A DNA stretch of 61,254 nucleotides, filler included, from Circinaria calcarea (lineage: Eukaryota), in the NCBI GenBank assembly GCA_051942165.1. It is 7 parts of 7 records of this genome, joined end to end, with 100 filler letters (N's around TTAATTAATTAA, not from the genome) between each part and the next. Parts side by side here need not be neighbours in the genome. Positions count along the whole stretch, not along the records: positions 43,857 to 52,506 come from JAVECS010001078.1; positions 52,607 to 61,254 come from JAVECS010001079.1; 5 more parts are not named here. One strand, written 5' to 3'. A program made the position numbers and the translations under genes. Shown one piece after another: positions 50,008-61,254 of this stretch (positions are counted from its first letter, which is position 1; every line of letters begins with the position of its first letter). Below the pieces are notes generated by a model, which worked only from the letters and a program-made list of their open reading frames with translations, was not told the origin of the DNA and made no database searches.

Positions 50008-50032
50008 GCTCCAGGCTCCAGGCTCCAGGCTC
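50008..50032. repeat. GCTCCAG tandem repeat, about 3.5 copies
   Basis: Directly visible. Confidence 0.8.
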
Positions 50033-50458
50033 TCGGTTGCCGCCACCAATGGAAGACCCGCCCGTTGGTGTCTCTCAGAGCGCGCGGAAATGGAAAATTC
50101 GGGACCGAGGTTTCGGATTATGTGGGGAGCGGCCGATTTATGATGAAAGAGAAATGGTGTGTGGGAAATCCTGGGAAATCCGGGAGAAGCGGGGTGGAAA
50201 ATTGAAGATGGTGATGTGGAGGAGAAAATGAATGGAAGGGTGAGTGGGGAATGGGGATGTAGCTGACTTAGAAAAGGGGGAGGAGAGGAAGCGAGGGTGT
50301 CCGATCAGGTACACTTTCCCGTCAGTGATAAGAATAAGTTCTCGAAAGAAAATGGCGTGTAGGCTTGAGTTATCAAGGTCAAGATAGTGTTTACAAACAA
50401 CCAGATAAGACTATATTACATTCATGGCAACGTAAAAGCATAACACGGGTAGCAATCA

Positions 50459-52506
50459 TCAGACCGCCCGGCTCTCCTTGTCCGCCGCATTGACCACCGC
50501 GGATTTGAACCGACTGGCAACCTGACTCGGGGTGGTACAGTAACTTGGAGGGACGTCGAGCGCGGGGTTCTTGAGGAAAAAATGCCTTGGGCGGAGCAAC
50601 AGTCCCATTGGTTCCGCAGGCATTACCGGGTAATCCTCCGGCGACGGGAAATGCGTGATACCGAATGTATGCCAGAGCACGATGTCGGTGTTCTCAATGC
50701 TTTCGTCTCCGTACTTCTCGATCCATTCGGGGAGACCTTGGGAAGGATTTCCAGATGTCTGGGGAACGTGGCGGCCGGCAGGGTAGAGCTGATCGTCTTG
50801 ATCTAGAATATACAAGTTAGTATCGGCAGAAGGGGAAGTCTGCCAGCTTACATTTTGTTACATGCACGGCATGCCTCGCGAAGCCGGCTCTTTTCCAGAC
50901 CAAACTTCCTTCCTTGGGTAGCAGATTCGGTACTTCTCGGCTGACGAGTTTATAGCTGACAGGCTTATGACTGTAGGGATTGATCTTGTTGGTGTTGGCA
51001 ATCTCCCATGTCCGGCTGGAGCCGCCGTTGTAATCTGCTATGGCCTCCTTGGGTGTCGTATATTTTGTCCTCTGCGCAGTGAAGGCATTCCCGTATCTAT
51101 TCTCCGCACTGCCAACTTCTGCAGATGAGGCCATCGCGTCAACTTGGAACACGGTATTCTGCGGCCCATCTATATTGGGATCTATCCGCATGCAGAAGAG
51201 ATGTTGATGGTTATGGGCATTGACTCCTGGATACACTTCTGTTCCCCAACCTTTCGTATCTTCTCCAGGGTTCATTGCGTACGTATTCAGGATACCACTC
51301 AGTTTAATCTCTAGTTGGATTGTACCGTCCTGGTGGAAGATCCAATACACACAGTACTCGTAGTTTGCCGCGGTGAACACGTGAGAGATGAGGAGCTTCC
51401 GACCTCTGGTGACGATGACAGAATTGTCTCGGAAATCGGTATGTTTGAACAGGATTCCAGCATCCTCTTCGTGTATGCATATTGCGTTCTTGATCGTTTG
51501 GCTCGAACCAGCGCGGTTGACGAAATTCGCGTCCATGTAATGAATGGCACCTTTACAATCGCAACCCAGAGTCAGACTGTTAGTCATATATCCGCCACCA
51601 TATTCCCCAAGATCGAATGCATGCTTCCTATGATGAGGATGCTCCGGGTTCCCGTAAGGTACCACCATCTCCGCTAACGAGAGACGATAGAACGTTCCTC
51701 GCTCGTTGCCCTTGTCATTGTATGTAATGTTACTCAGCACAATTCCTTCCTTGTGATTAAAGCCAACATGAATCTTCCACTTCTGCCATTCCACGATTCT
51801 TCCGGTGACTTTGAACGAGACCCCTTCGGGCTGTGTAATGTTGATAGGCTTCAAGTCTGCGCGGTAACCTCCCTCGGCCTCGACCGTGGCTGGGTGATAG
51901 TTGCTGGGAGGCGCTTGATTCACCGGTCTTCGGACAGAGGGAATATCAATATGGACAATCTCCTGGGTGTCTGCGTTGAATATAGGAGTAAAGTCGAGCG
52001 GAAAGGTATATTGGTTGTCGTCAACGTGGGGTCTGTAATACATCAAGGCTTGCTGCAGTCGAACTTTGTTCCCGAATCTCTCATCGAACCCAATCGTCCA
52101 GGCTATACAATCATTAGCCGAGTCTTTGCAAAGTTCCCGTGGGAGAGACGAAGATGCGTACGGTCACAGTAGACCTTGTGCATGTCCTCTTTGGGGATTC
52201 CACTGATCACACATTGCTCAATCACTTTCGGATCGACCCTAACGATTTCCTCCACGACCTGAAGATCTTCCATGGTGATCTGGAAGATGTCAGTATAGCC
52301 TACAATCGTCCCAACGCATCGCCCTCTACCAATGGCTGTACTCCATCCACCGAATCCCATTGTAGAATTTTCTTCTCCTCTAGATCCACCAGACCGTCAT
52401 ACACTTTACTGCCCTTTCCAATTGCCACGACATCTGCTACCCGGTGCGGTCGATTGGTGTGGTCGGGATCGGCCAGCCAGGGCAGCATCTCGGCCTTGCG
52501 AGGTTC
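50459..52506 (-). CDS. Copper amine oxidase (TPQ-dependent primary amine oxidase), multi-exon, 5'-truncated
   Basis: TAANYEY topaquinone motif, HNHQH and ITHFP copper ligands, AFDLGEYG, LGCDCKG. Confidence 0.97.
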
Positions 52507-52606
52507 NNNNNNNNNNNNNNNNNNNNNNNNNNNNNNNNNNNNNNNNNNNNTTAATTAATTAANNNNNNNNNNNNNNNNNNNNNNNNNNNNNNNNNNNNNN
52601 NNNNNN
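52507..52606. other. Artificial contig linker
   Basis: 44 N + TTAATTAATTAA + 44 N. Confidence 0.99.
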
Positions 52607-52852
52607 ACCAGCGTTCGTCGAGGTCTGAGACGAGGCTGCGGCTTGTTTCCGCCGTGTAGCGGCCCATTCACCGGCGTGGGCACATTTATGACTCGATTCG
52701 GTGCGGTGATCGAGGCAGTAAGTCCCCTTGCAGGATTCACAGCGAAATGGCAGGAAGTCAAGTTGGTTACAGTATGTGTACTGACAATGAGCGCCGATTG
52801 CTTCTAGGTCTTTATCCATAGTAGTGAATGACTGAGGGTCGGGGGAGGCCAT
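52607..52852 (-). CDS. CUZ1: AN1-type zinc-finger protein (Cuz1/ZFAND-like), 3'-truncated
   Basis: IGAHCQYTYCNQLDFLPFRCESCKGTYCLDHRTESSHKC. Confidence 0.85.
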
Positions 52853-53919
52853 AATGAGTTGTCTTTATAGTGGTATACTTCGGAATCCTGCTTGTTGGTT
52901 TGCCGCCTCGCAGGCAGCGTGTCTTCGTCAGCCCTCGGCCATGTGGAACAGTTGGGTTTAGTAAGGTGGAGGAAGATGCCAGAAGATCGAGATTAGGGCT
53001 GAAGGCGGGAGCTAGTGGCGGCTAACCCCATCTAGCGTAAATAACCTTTACGCTATGACCCTATGGAGGGTAACTTGGTTGAGTGGGGTGTTGCTAAGTC
53101 TAAGTGGTGGGGGGAGGACTAAATACTGCAGGTGCTGACTAAGCTCCACAACGCTATGAATTTCGATCAACTCATAAGTAAGAAGCCTTTTTATTTAGGA
53201 AAGGCAAATTATATCTCATTATGAGTAACAACACTCTGCGCCCCAAAAGAAATAAGTTACCGGTCTACTACCAAACTGGCAAGCCCTTTGAAAAAACCTC
53301 GACGAAGTCGAAGACAGCAACTCTACGAGGTGGTTCGCTCCCATGCAAAGAGCCTACTGAAATTTTAAGCTGTTGAAAAGTGCTGTATTGGTTACAATGG
53401 CATAGGGCGTTCATTGCCACCATTTTACCGCATCAACGATTATAGTGTTCTTTAGGGAGAGAAAGCAAGACTGTCCAGAATGTCAGGAAGGTGTCAATAC
53501 GTCAAGGGTATTTTGCGGTAGTAAGCCGCAATACGCGGCAAGGCAGTCACTCTGTATGAACTTATTGAAGGTCCTTATTACATAGTTTCAAATATCTTGA
53601 ATGAAAAGTGATCTATTTACTGACAGCTAGAGTAATTGCGTAAGAGAAAAGAGCTCGTAGATGAAACATGTCTGGTTCTTGTTGGAGGATACAAGTTCTG
53701 CATCAGATGGAACACCATATAGGTCTGTATCGCGTGACCTGAATCTTCTGGTACTTCGGCGATGTCCCTCATGGTTCCCCAAAGTGAAGATTAGGGTGGT
53801 TTTGTTACAGTAGGTTCAACCGAAGAAGTGGAGATTGACGATTTCCTTGAGCGTTTTCGGTCTTTATCAAAAGACGCATTGGGCAAAGTAAGACCCTCAG
53901 AACTGTTCGAGTGGCTGCC

Positions 53920-56625
53920 TTAGTTGCCTAGCAGCTCCTTGTACTCCACTGAATCAATTAGTTTCTTGTCCCATAGGTATTTGAACATATCAAAGTCCGG
54001 CCGAGCGTATGATAATCTTGCTCCTACTTGATGGTGTAGGGCGGTGTGGTCCATACGGGCCTTCCAACACTCCAATCCAGTCGTAGCCCTAAACTCCATA
54101 TCGCAGAAGCAGCACTTGCTGGACCTTGGGGGGCCAACCTTACCAAAATGAATCTGGCTATGCCTGAACCACTCGTCAAAATCGGTGAAGGTAAGCAAGC
54201 AAAAGCAGAAAGAAAAAGGACACTCGAAAAGAGTCCGCGTACCAATGGCTGGGATAGTGAGAGACCCGTTGCCATTAATTTCCAGAAGCCTTGGTTTACC
54301 CAAAGCTCTCATTCCAGTTGGTGAAGTGACGGACATGGTTGTAGATAGAGAATTCGAATTGGTCAGCCCTGCTAAGCTATCATTCCCCGAAAGCAACATT
54401 GACGTGCCGCTCTTCCGATGCTGCAACATGTTGTAAAAGCCTGTCTGGTAACCTCTCGTATTAGAAAGACAGGATTGCTCGGCAAGAAGTCGTGTGATTC
54501 GGGGATCTGATTCGTCTTCGAGAAACCTTCGGATTGAGTAGCCTAGAGGTTCGGTTTGAAGCTGCCGAAGCTGGATCAATTGAAGCGCCAATGATTTTCG
54601 TTTTCTCATCGCTGTCACAAAATGGAGGTTCGATTGCGGAATCATGGTAGCCTCGAATGTTTCCTCTCCAACAGTCTCAAAAGGTCCTGCAATATCAAAA
54701 TTGAAAGTATTCTGTGTCTCCGTATTTGCATTAACATAACCCGCTGAATATCTATCAATTAGTGCTTGAGTTTCTAGGTCGGACTGTTGAAAGTAGACGT
54801 CATTGAAAGTTAGAGAGAGCCTCTCGCCTATCTGCCTGGAAAGATATTCAATGCGCATTGGGTTTCTAGGTTTGGAGCCGAAAACATAATTTATCGAAGT
54901 TTCCGGTAAGATATGAGTATCTTGCCGATAGTGCTGGTTGTAGCAAGACCCGAGGGCACCACTACCCTGGGCTTGCTTCGACGAGCTCTGACCAGTCTGG
55001 AAAGATCTGTAGTCAACATCGGGCTCGTATTCGGTGCCAAAGGAGTCGTCATAATCACGGCTTGATCCATCTGGGCCGTTATCAGGAGCGTCATCGGGAT
55101 AATCTGAGTCATTATTGGAAGTGTCTGAACCATACTTATCCTCCGATGTATCCGAGCCCGAGCTCTCCAGCTTGTCTTCTTCGTTTGTGTCATCATCAAA
55201 CTCTCTCCATTCAGAGAAAGTCCAGGGCCTGCGCATATGTTCAGTGATGTGGTCAACTCTCTCGCTCCAGGTTTCAAACTCCGTGCTACAATTCCGAAAA
55301 ATGCATATCCTTGGGAATTCACTTTCAATAAGGAAATGACATGTTTCGAAATGTTCGTTGGTAGGAACAATACCGTGACGCTTGGTAAGGTGACTGCGGA
55401 ATTTGTCCTTTCGAAGGTAGGTTTGCTTTTCCATTGGCTCTGTTTCGCAAGGGACGAACTGACAGAGCCAGAATTCTTGCGGGAAATTGAGTTCCTCGTG
55501 TTTTTTCCAATCGCCTTTCCTCTTGAAGTTGCGTCCACAACAAGTACAGAGGTAGGGCATATTTTCATCTTTGATCCATGGCTTTGCACAAGCGCCAGCC
55601 ACAGCTGGGCTACACTTCCTTTGGTTTTCCCGAAGCTTTAGAGACATATAAGACTCCGTACTCCTTTCTATTTGCTCTCGAACACCTTCATCTTGTAGGC
55701 ATTCGGCATGCTTGTGAAACCATTGGCGAAGCAAGTGAAGTGGTGCATTGAAAGCCTGGCTCAAGGCACGAATCCGCCGCTCACTAGGTTTAGGATTTGA
55801 GGTTGAAGACAACAAAAGGTAACACGCAGTAGTTGCTGTTTTCGATAACTTGCGCATATGCTGGGTTTCCGGCCGCATCTTCTCTACCTTCCCGAAGGAG
55901 CTTAAGTGAGGGCCACCGGGAGCTTGCCTTGTGCGTGGAGCTCGACGGCGCTTCTTGATCCCCATTGCCTCATTTCGAGGGGAGGTATCAAATATGATAT
56001 GACTGTAGTGGGTCTGGAGGGAGTTTTCTGCAACTAAGTTTGAAGGTAGAAAGGTGTCTGCGTAGGTATTTATACTATGGCCGTTATATTCTCCACGTGC
56101 TTCACTCCCTGAAACCGTCCCTGTGCAGTATGCTGACCGATTCTCTCGATCCTGACCAGCTGGAGGCCCAACAGACTGATTGGCCCCGAAGGCGTTGGGG
56201 ACTCCTGCAGCCTTGAAAAGGTCTCTCCCATGCATTGCTGTATCTACAACCGTACCGTTCTTCCTGGATAGTGACGTCTCCAAACCACACGGATGGAATC
56301 CGGGTATTTTGAATAGTTCCGCACCGTTCTTGGTTCCTGTTTCACCCTCGACATCGCAGGCAATCTCGTCAAAATCAGAGTTGTGTTGGGCCTTGTCTTG
56401 CGGATTAAAAAAGGGTTGAATTGCGGAGGACTCTGGACCGTCCATGATACCTTGAAGAAATGCTTCTATATCTTCGACGAGATCGGGCTGGGAGTCGTCA
56501 CAATCAAAAAAGTTCTTCTGATCAATAGGCCGTAGAACATGATCCGAAGACATGTCGGCATGCAGATCATGCAGTATATCCTCGTTGGTGGACATTCCGC
56601 CAGTACGAGCGTTGAGACAAGCCAA
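53920..56625 (-). CDS. 901-aa putative transcription factor: degenerate homeodomain-like segment plus two C2H2 zinc-finger clusters
   Basis: Single long ORF; NPKPSERRIRALSQAF..LLRQWF; YLCTCCGRNFKRKGDWKKHE; RKDKFRSHLTKRH; CIFRNC..RVDHITEH; FECPFSFC..WFRHSQIH; CCFC..RMDHTALH. Confidence 0.8.
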   Translation of the reverse strand: MACLNARTGGMSTNEDILHDLHADMSSDHVLRPIDQKNFFDCDDSQPDLVEDIEAFLQGIMDGPESSAIQPFFNPQDKAQHNSDFDEIACDVEGETGTKNGAELFKIPGFHPCGLETSLSRKNGTVVDTAMHGRDLFKAAGVPNAFGANQSVGPPAGQDRENRSAYCTGTVSGSEARGEYNGHSINTYADTFLPSNLVAENSLQTHYSHIIFDTSPRNEAMGIKKRRRAPRTRQAPGGPHLSSFGKVEKMRPETQHMRKLSKTATTACYLLLSSTSNPKPSERRIRALSQAFNAPLHLLRQWFHKHAECLQDEGVREQIERSTESYMSLKLRENQRKCSPAVAGACAKPWIKDENMPYLCTCCGRNFKRKGDWKKHEELNFPQEFWLCQFVPCETEPMEKQTYLRKDKFRSHLTKRHGIVPTNEHFETCHFLIESEFPRICIFRNCSTEFETWSERVDHITEHMRRPWTFSEWREFDDDTNEEDKLESSGSDTSEDKYGSDTSNNDSDYPDDAPDNGPDGSSRDYDDSFGTEYEPDVDYRSFQTGQSSSKQAQGSGALGSCYNQHYRQDTHILPETSINYVFGSKPRNPMRIEYLSRQIGERLSLTFNDVYFQQSDLETQALIDRYSAGYVNANTETQNTFNFDIAGPFETVGEETFEATMIPQSNLHFVTAMRKRKSLALQLIQLRQLQTEPLGYSIRRFLEDESDPRITRLLAEQSCLSNTRGYQTGFYNMLQHRKSGTSMLLSGNDSLAGLTNSNSLSTTMSVTSPTGMRALGKPRLLEINGNGSLTIPAIGTRTLFECPFSFCFCLLTFTDFDEWFRHSQIHFGKVGPPRSSKCCFCDMEFRATTGLECWKARMDHTALHHQVGARLSYARPDFDMFKYLWDKKLIDSVEYKELLGN

Positions 56626-57391
56626 GAAGGTAAACTGAGCACGCGTGGCTGTACCATGGAAGACGTTCGCTCAAGTCTCCCTGTGCCTGGGGTTAGCTTG
56701 GTCCGTATGCTACCCTCGACATCAGCAATCATACCGTAACTCTATCACTATTTACAGGAAGGGCAACAAATCTTCTCACGAGACCATTTCTTGTGAAATA
56801 GACGTGACAATATGCAAAGTACGAAGAAAGTGACAACACGGTTGGGAATGGGTTGGAGAGCCAGTATTAACTTATTGATATAGAAAATGAATGGCATCGG
56901 GGACCATTTATGAAATGTTTCAATTTGCCCAGGAAGGGCAAAACAGGACAGAATTTGGAGAGCATTAGGTCAATGCACTTCAGCCGCGAGCAACAAGCTT
57001 ACGCGTTGAAAGACCATACCCAACCAACGTCCACCTCCATCGATTGCTGCACGAAGGTGGTTCACGAAATCGCATTGTGATTCGTGCAGGCGCTGCGACG
57101 AGCCTGGTAGCGAGGGCGACGAGGGCGAAATTTTGCCCTTACCAGGGTCGCAAGCTGTGGTACATCATCGTAAAGTACAACTCACGTGATACTTATCCGT
57201 CTTTTAGTACCCATAACCTGGATCTCTTTGTGCCAGCAATTACAGCGGTGACATGCAAACCAGCTTGGATTTATTGCAGGATTGACTGGTTGTGTGCTGT
57301 GTGAATCTTTGACCCAAGCCACATCTGCAGCTTGTCAAAACCCTCTCAGCTCTGCCAACAGCAAAGCCCTACCCCGTAGAGGCCGCAAAGT

Positions 57392-58628
57392 ATGCACACG
57401 ATCAAATGCGCCGGTACGCCCCAAGAGGTGTGAGCTGTGCTGCCGATCCTAATCCACCCCCGTACCTGATACGCTTTTCAGATCGGGCTACAGCACGGAC
57501 AGAAAGCAACGGGAGAGATCAAACGGAGCATCAAGTTTTACGAAAAACTATTCCAGGAGACGGCTAAGCTGTCGTGGGAAAATGTCTGCCAGACAGCTTC
57601 CAGGTTTCTCCCGCTGCTCCGACGGGATTGGCCGGGTTATTGCGAGGAGCTTAATGGTATGCTCTATGATGGGCTCCTTTCTAAGCATGTGTTGAATCTG
57701 TACTTTCATAGAGCTCATGGCCCATTCTCTCCAATTCCCTCATTGAATTGATTCCGATTTTCTTTTTCCGTTACATAGGTGTTGAACTCCCTGACAACGA
57801 GTAATAGGTATAGCTCAGGGCTCCGGAGTTCCCTTCCTCTCGGTCCTGGCCATGAACGTGCGGACTGAAATCGCCTATGGCATGTTTAGTGATGGCTGCA
57901 CGGCTTTGTCCTGGAAGACAGATGAGGCAAGTTTCCTGGCTCAGAATTGGGACTGGCAGCAGGAGCAGGCGCCGAATCTTATCCGTCTCAAGATTCAGCA
58001 ACAGTCAAAACCTACCATTGACATGGTTACGGAGGCAGGCATCATTGGCAAGATTGGCTTGAACTCGGCCGGTGTAGGTGTCTGTCTTAACGCCATCAGG
58101 GCGCGGGGAGTCGACTTTACCAAGCTACCTTGTCATCTTGCTCTAAGAGCTTGCCTTGAAAGTTCGTCGAGATCCGAAGCTGTGGAGGCTCTGAACAAAG
58201 CTGGTGTTGCCAGCGCCTGCCATATTCTGGTCGCTGATCCAACCGGTGGAGTCGGATTGGAGTGTTCTCACCTTGACATTATTAACATACTAATGTCAAG
58301 TCAGAACGTGGTCACTCATACCAATCATTTTGTCAACGTTCATGCCAATGTTCAAGAGTCTCACCACTTGCCAGACTCGCCGTTTAGGCTCCAGCGAATC
58401 GATCAACTTATCAGGTCTTGCAAACAAGATCCAGATATTGATGATGTAGCCTTACTGTTACAGGACGAGGAAAATTATCCGACAGCGATCAACCGAGGAC
58501 CAACGGATGATAGCACCTTGACCACTCTATTTACTATCGTCATGAATTTAGAAAAGAAGATTGCTCACATCACATTGGGGCGACCGACGGAAGGTGGAGC
58601 AAAGCTAAACCTGGATCCATCAACTTAG
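57392..58628 (+). CDS. Peptidase C45 / acyl-CoA:6-APA acyltransferase-like Ntn hydrolase, 3 exons
   Basis: GTPQE-IGLQHG, NVRTEI, DGCT autocleavage site, AQNWDW, GKIGLNSAGVGVCLNA, HTNH; intron 57657-57807. Confidence 0.92.
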
Positions 58629-58940
58629 GGATGCAATAGTATTGGGCAACATCGGAGATGCTCTCTTCGAACGAAGATACCGAACATATATCTGTTGTCT
58701 TTAACTTCATCGTGTAATCTCCTACGAGCCATTCTGCAATTCAAAAATCTTCAAAGAGCGAGATTAGTACGTGTAGACAACGCATTCCGTGAATTGTTTA
58801 ATCCTTATGATTCTTCGACAATGTACAAGGGCCAGGAAAGTGTATGGCCTCCTTTGCTGTATCGTATGCCATACTTCTAATAACCCGGCACTCCGGTCCC
58901 GACAGCTGTAGTAACCACCCTCAGTTTCCCAATACTGATC

Positions 58941-59321
58941 TCAATGCTTTGCTTTCTGCTCCTCAATGTTCGCATTCCGTATGAACTCCCTACATAGACG
59001 CCATCAGTATCAGTCACTCTACCTTCGTCAGCTCCATGATCTCCATCAACGCGGACGTACTGTATAAAAGCCTCCTCGTCTTTACTCGTCGCGTTGATCG
59101 GTGGCCCGGCCTCCTTCGCCTTTGTCTTCCCTCCCGTCGAGACAAATCCAATAAGACCCGCTGTACCGAGTGTTGCCATAGCCAGCTATAGTAGATTCCA
59201 AATTAGCTCTCAATCTTCAGGATCGTATGAACCGAAGAAGTGAAGCGGTTTTGGGGGGTTTGGAGGTCCTTACGATGTGCGATCCGACCTGGCGGCCCAT
59301 AACTTGGTACATGACGACCAT
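58941..59321 (-). CDS. ATP19: Mitochondrial ATP synthase subunit k, 3 exons
   Basis: Spliced MVVMYQVMGRQVGSHI-LAMATLG..GPPINATSKDEEAFIQ-EFIRNANIEEQKAKH. Confidence 0.9.
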
Positions 59322-59588
59322 GATGACGATTGTACTGGGAATCGAGAGTGGATGTCGGCGCAATTGAGGAAAGCGATGTCGTTCGGTGAGCTCGGAGTCT
59401 TGGACAAGGGACGATTCATTGGAGCTCTTGACTAGCCCTATATGACATAAGCTAGCAGCAAGGGGGGAAGGTCCCCTCGGTTCACCGGTCCTCCCCCGCA
59501 ACTTGCTTTCGATTCTCAACGGCCATGGCCTTAACGGGTTCCCGATGATGTTGTAAATATCATAAAGGACAACAACAATCGGAAGACA

Positions 59589-60556
59589 ATGTCGAAAGAC
59601 AACAGCACAAATGGGGCTGTACAAAGGCGAGGGCCACCACCAGATCCTAAAACCCCAATAGCACGTACGAAATTGCCGGATGAGCTACAAAAGTTGGTTG
59701 ACAATGAAGAGTCGCTGATAGACCAGCTCTATGATGGAACGTAAGTAGTAGCCACCATGCCATGTTGCTGCCAGGGTTTACTAACCAGGCTTATTCTATG
59801 ACAGGGCCAATCCATCTACGGATTCTAATGTGCGCTACGCAGCCTACGCCAGTCGTTTGCGCACCATTCTACTCAGCGCCCACCGTTACGTAGCGTATAC
59901 ATCTGATATCGGGGAGTCGTTGCGCTCCATTGCACACCCTTGGCTTGTCAGAGGTGCCTACGGGATCTCGTGGGCTTATCTGCTGGGAGACGTTAGTCAT
60001 GAGGGCTACAAAGCTTACCTACGGAACCAAAGGGTTGTGCACCCAGGTGTTCCAGGAGTTGTCGCTGAGAGCGCGACAGATGCGACAGTTCATACAAAAT
60101 CGAGCCCTGGAAAGATAGAAGGGCCGCGTCCAGGGCACGTGCTTGCTATAGAGGATTATCGGAGCGTGATGCTCCAGAGAGCTGTGTTTCAGAGTGTGGC
60201 TAGTATGGGCTTACCGGCCTTCACTATACATAGTATTGTAAAATATTCGGGAAGGGCATTAAAGGATGCAAAGAATATGAGGATTAGGACGTATGGGCCC
60301 ATAGGGGTAAGTCAGGCCATCAAGAGAAAGTATATGAAGGTACTGACGAAGGATAATTTAGCTTGGACTAGCCGCCGTTCCGTTCCTACCATATATATTT
60401 GACAAGCCCGTAGAAGAGGCTGTGGAGTGGAGTTTCTACCATGCATTTAGAGCCTTTGGCGGGCCTAGCGCCGTGGGACACAGGCCAGAGACCGGAAGAG
60501 AGCAGCTGTTACAGGTCGAGAGAAAGACGGGAGTAATCAAAGATAAAGAATTATGA
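59589..60556 (+). CDS. MTFP1: Mitochondrial fission process protein 1 (MTP18 family), 3 exons
   Basis: DSNVRYAAY..RYVAYTSDIGES, AYGISWAY, FQSVASMGLPAFTIH, GLAAVPFLPYIFDKPVE. Confidence 0.9.
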
Positions 60557-60759
60557 TATCTGACGTTGAATGGAGTTCTGTATTATAGGGTTGAAACTCG
60601 CTTAGGTTAGCGTGGGTGGCTATTTCGCTCATCATCTTGCATCTCGATTTATCTTTCACCCTCTGTGAAATATCTTCCCTCGAGCTGTGAATAAATCGTA
60701 GCAATTGTCTTCACGGTTCATCTATCACAATGTGACGATTATCATCTATGTCGTTGACA

Positions 60760-61254
60760 TTAGCCATCTGGGTATTCCGAGTCTAAGCGCCCCACCTCTC
60801 GTTGCCTGCACGCTGTATGAGCGTCATCGCTGGTTTCTCTAGCCCACGACATGTCTTCAGACTGTAGTTCAAATGTTACTCCGGGTGCTATCGTCGTTGA
60901 CACAAAGTCGGAGTCTACAGCAGGTGACACGCGTCCACCACCCGAAGGTTGTTTCATCTCATCCGTACCCTTTCTCATATGTGTGCTGATAGCTTCCACA
61001 TAGATCATTTCCTATTCCTGAGGCTACCTGGAGAGCTGCGGAATAGAGTTTACGATCTCGTCTTCTTTGAAAGTGAAGCAGGGGCAGTCATCTGCCTGTG
61101 GCCTTCACATCTTCCTCCGTCATTCACATCCACCATAATTGGCAAAAGCCCACCTGATTCTCGAGGAATCAAGATCGTCGAGAATGCCATCTTCATGGTA
61201 AATAAGGAAATAGGTGGAGAAGCAATCTCCTTTTTCTACTCCAGACGAGGCTTC
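60760..61254 (-). CDS. Probable 3' end of an unidentified gene
   Basis: Coding-like minus-strand sequence ending at TAA 60760-60762, convergent with MTFP1; no motif recognised, exon structure unresolved. Confidence 0.35.

Noticed and set aside
8785..58628. Apparent beta-lactam pathway (IPNS-like oxygenase, beta-lactamase-like hydrolase, IAT-like acyltransferase)
   Set aside because: The three genes are on different unlinked contigs; the oxygenase looks like thymine hydroxylase; no ACV synthetase is present; all three families are common in fungi

Overview
Eukaryotic DNA from a filamentous ascomycete (Pezizomycotina-type GT-AG introns with CTAAC/CTGAC branch points, orthologues of VPS52, RRN7, RPL40, GPI12, SEC72, ATP19). 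The window is not one locus. It is seven contigs of 8684, 8674, 8668, 8665, 8665, 8650 and 8648 bp in descending size order, joined by identical 100-nt linkers (44 N + TTAATTAATTAA + 44 N), so genes on different contigs are not physically linked and many are truncated at the joins. Content: housekeeping genes; secondary-metabolism-type genes (two P450s, MFS transporters, a three-repeat Myb factor, Pth11-like receptors, beta-lactamase-like and C45/IAT-like enzymes); TA-flanked MITE-like elements; a perfect 44-bp hairpin; several genes with in-frame stops; and a decayed orphan-gene island. The most unusual observations are a tandem pair of tiny extended RanBP2-like zinc-finger ORFs (one with TGA at the Trp codon), recurring premature stops in otherwise clean genes, a nest of related MITEs, and a cluster-like contig carrying a secreted SRPBCC-like protein. 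All family calls come from motif recognition by eye, not database searches.
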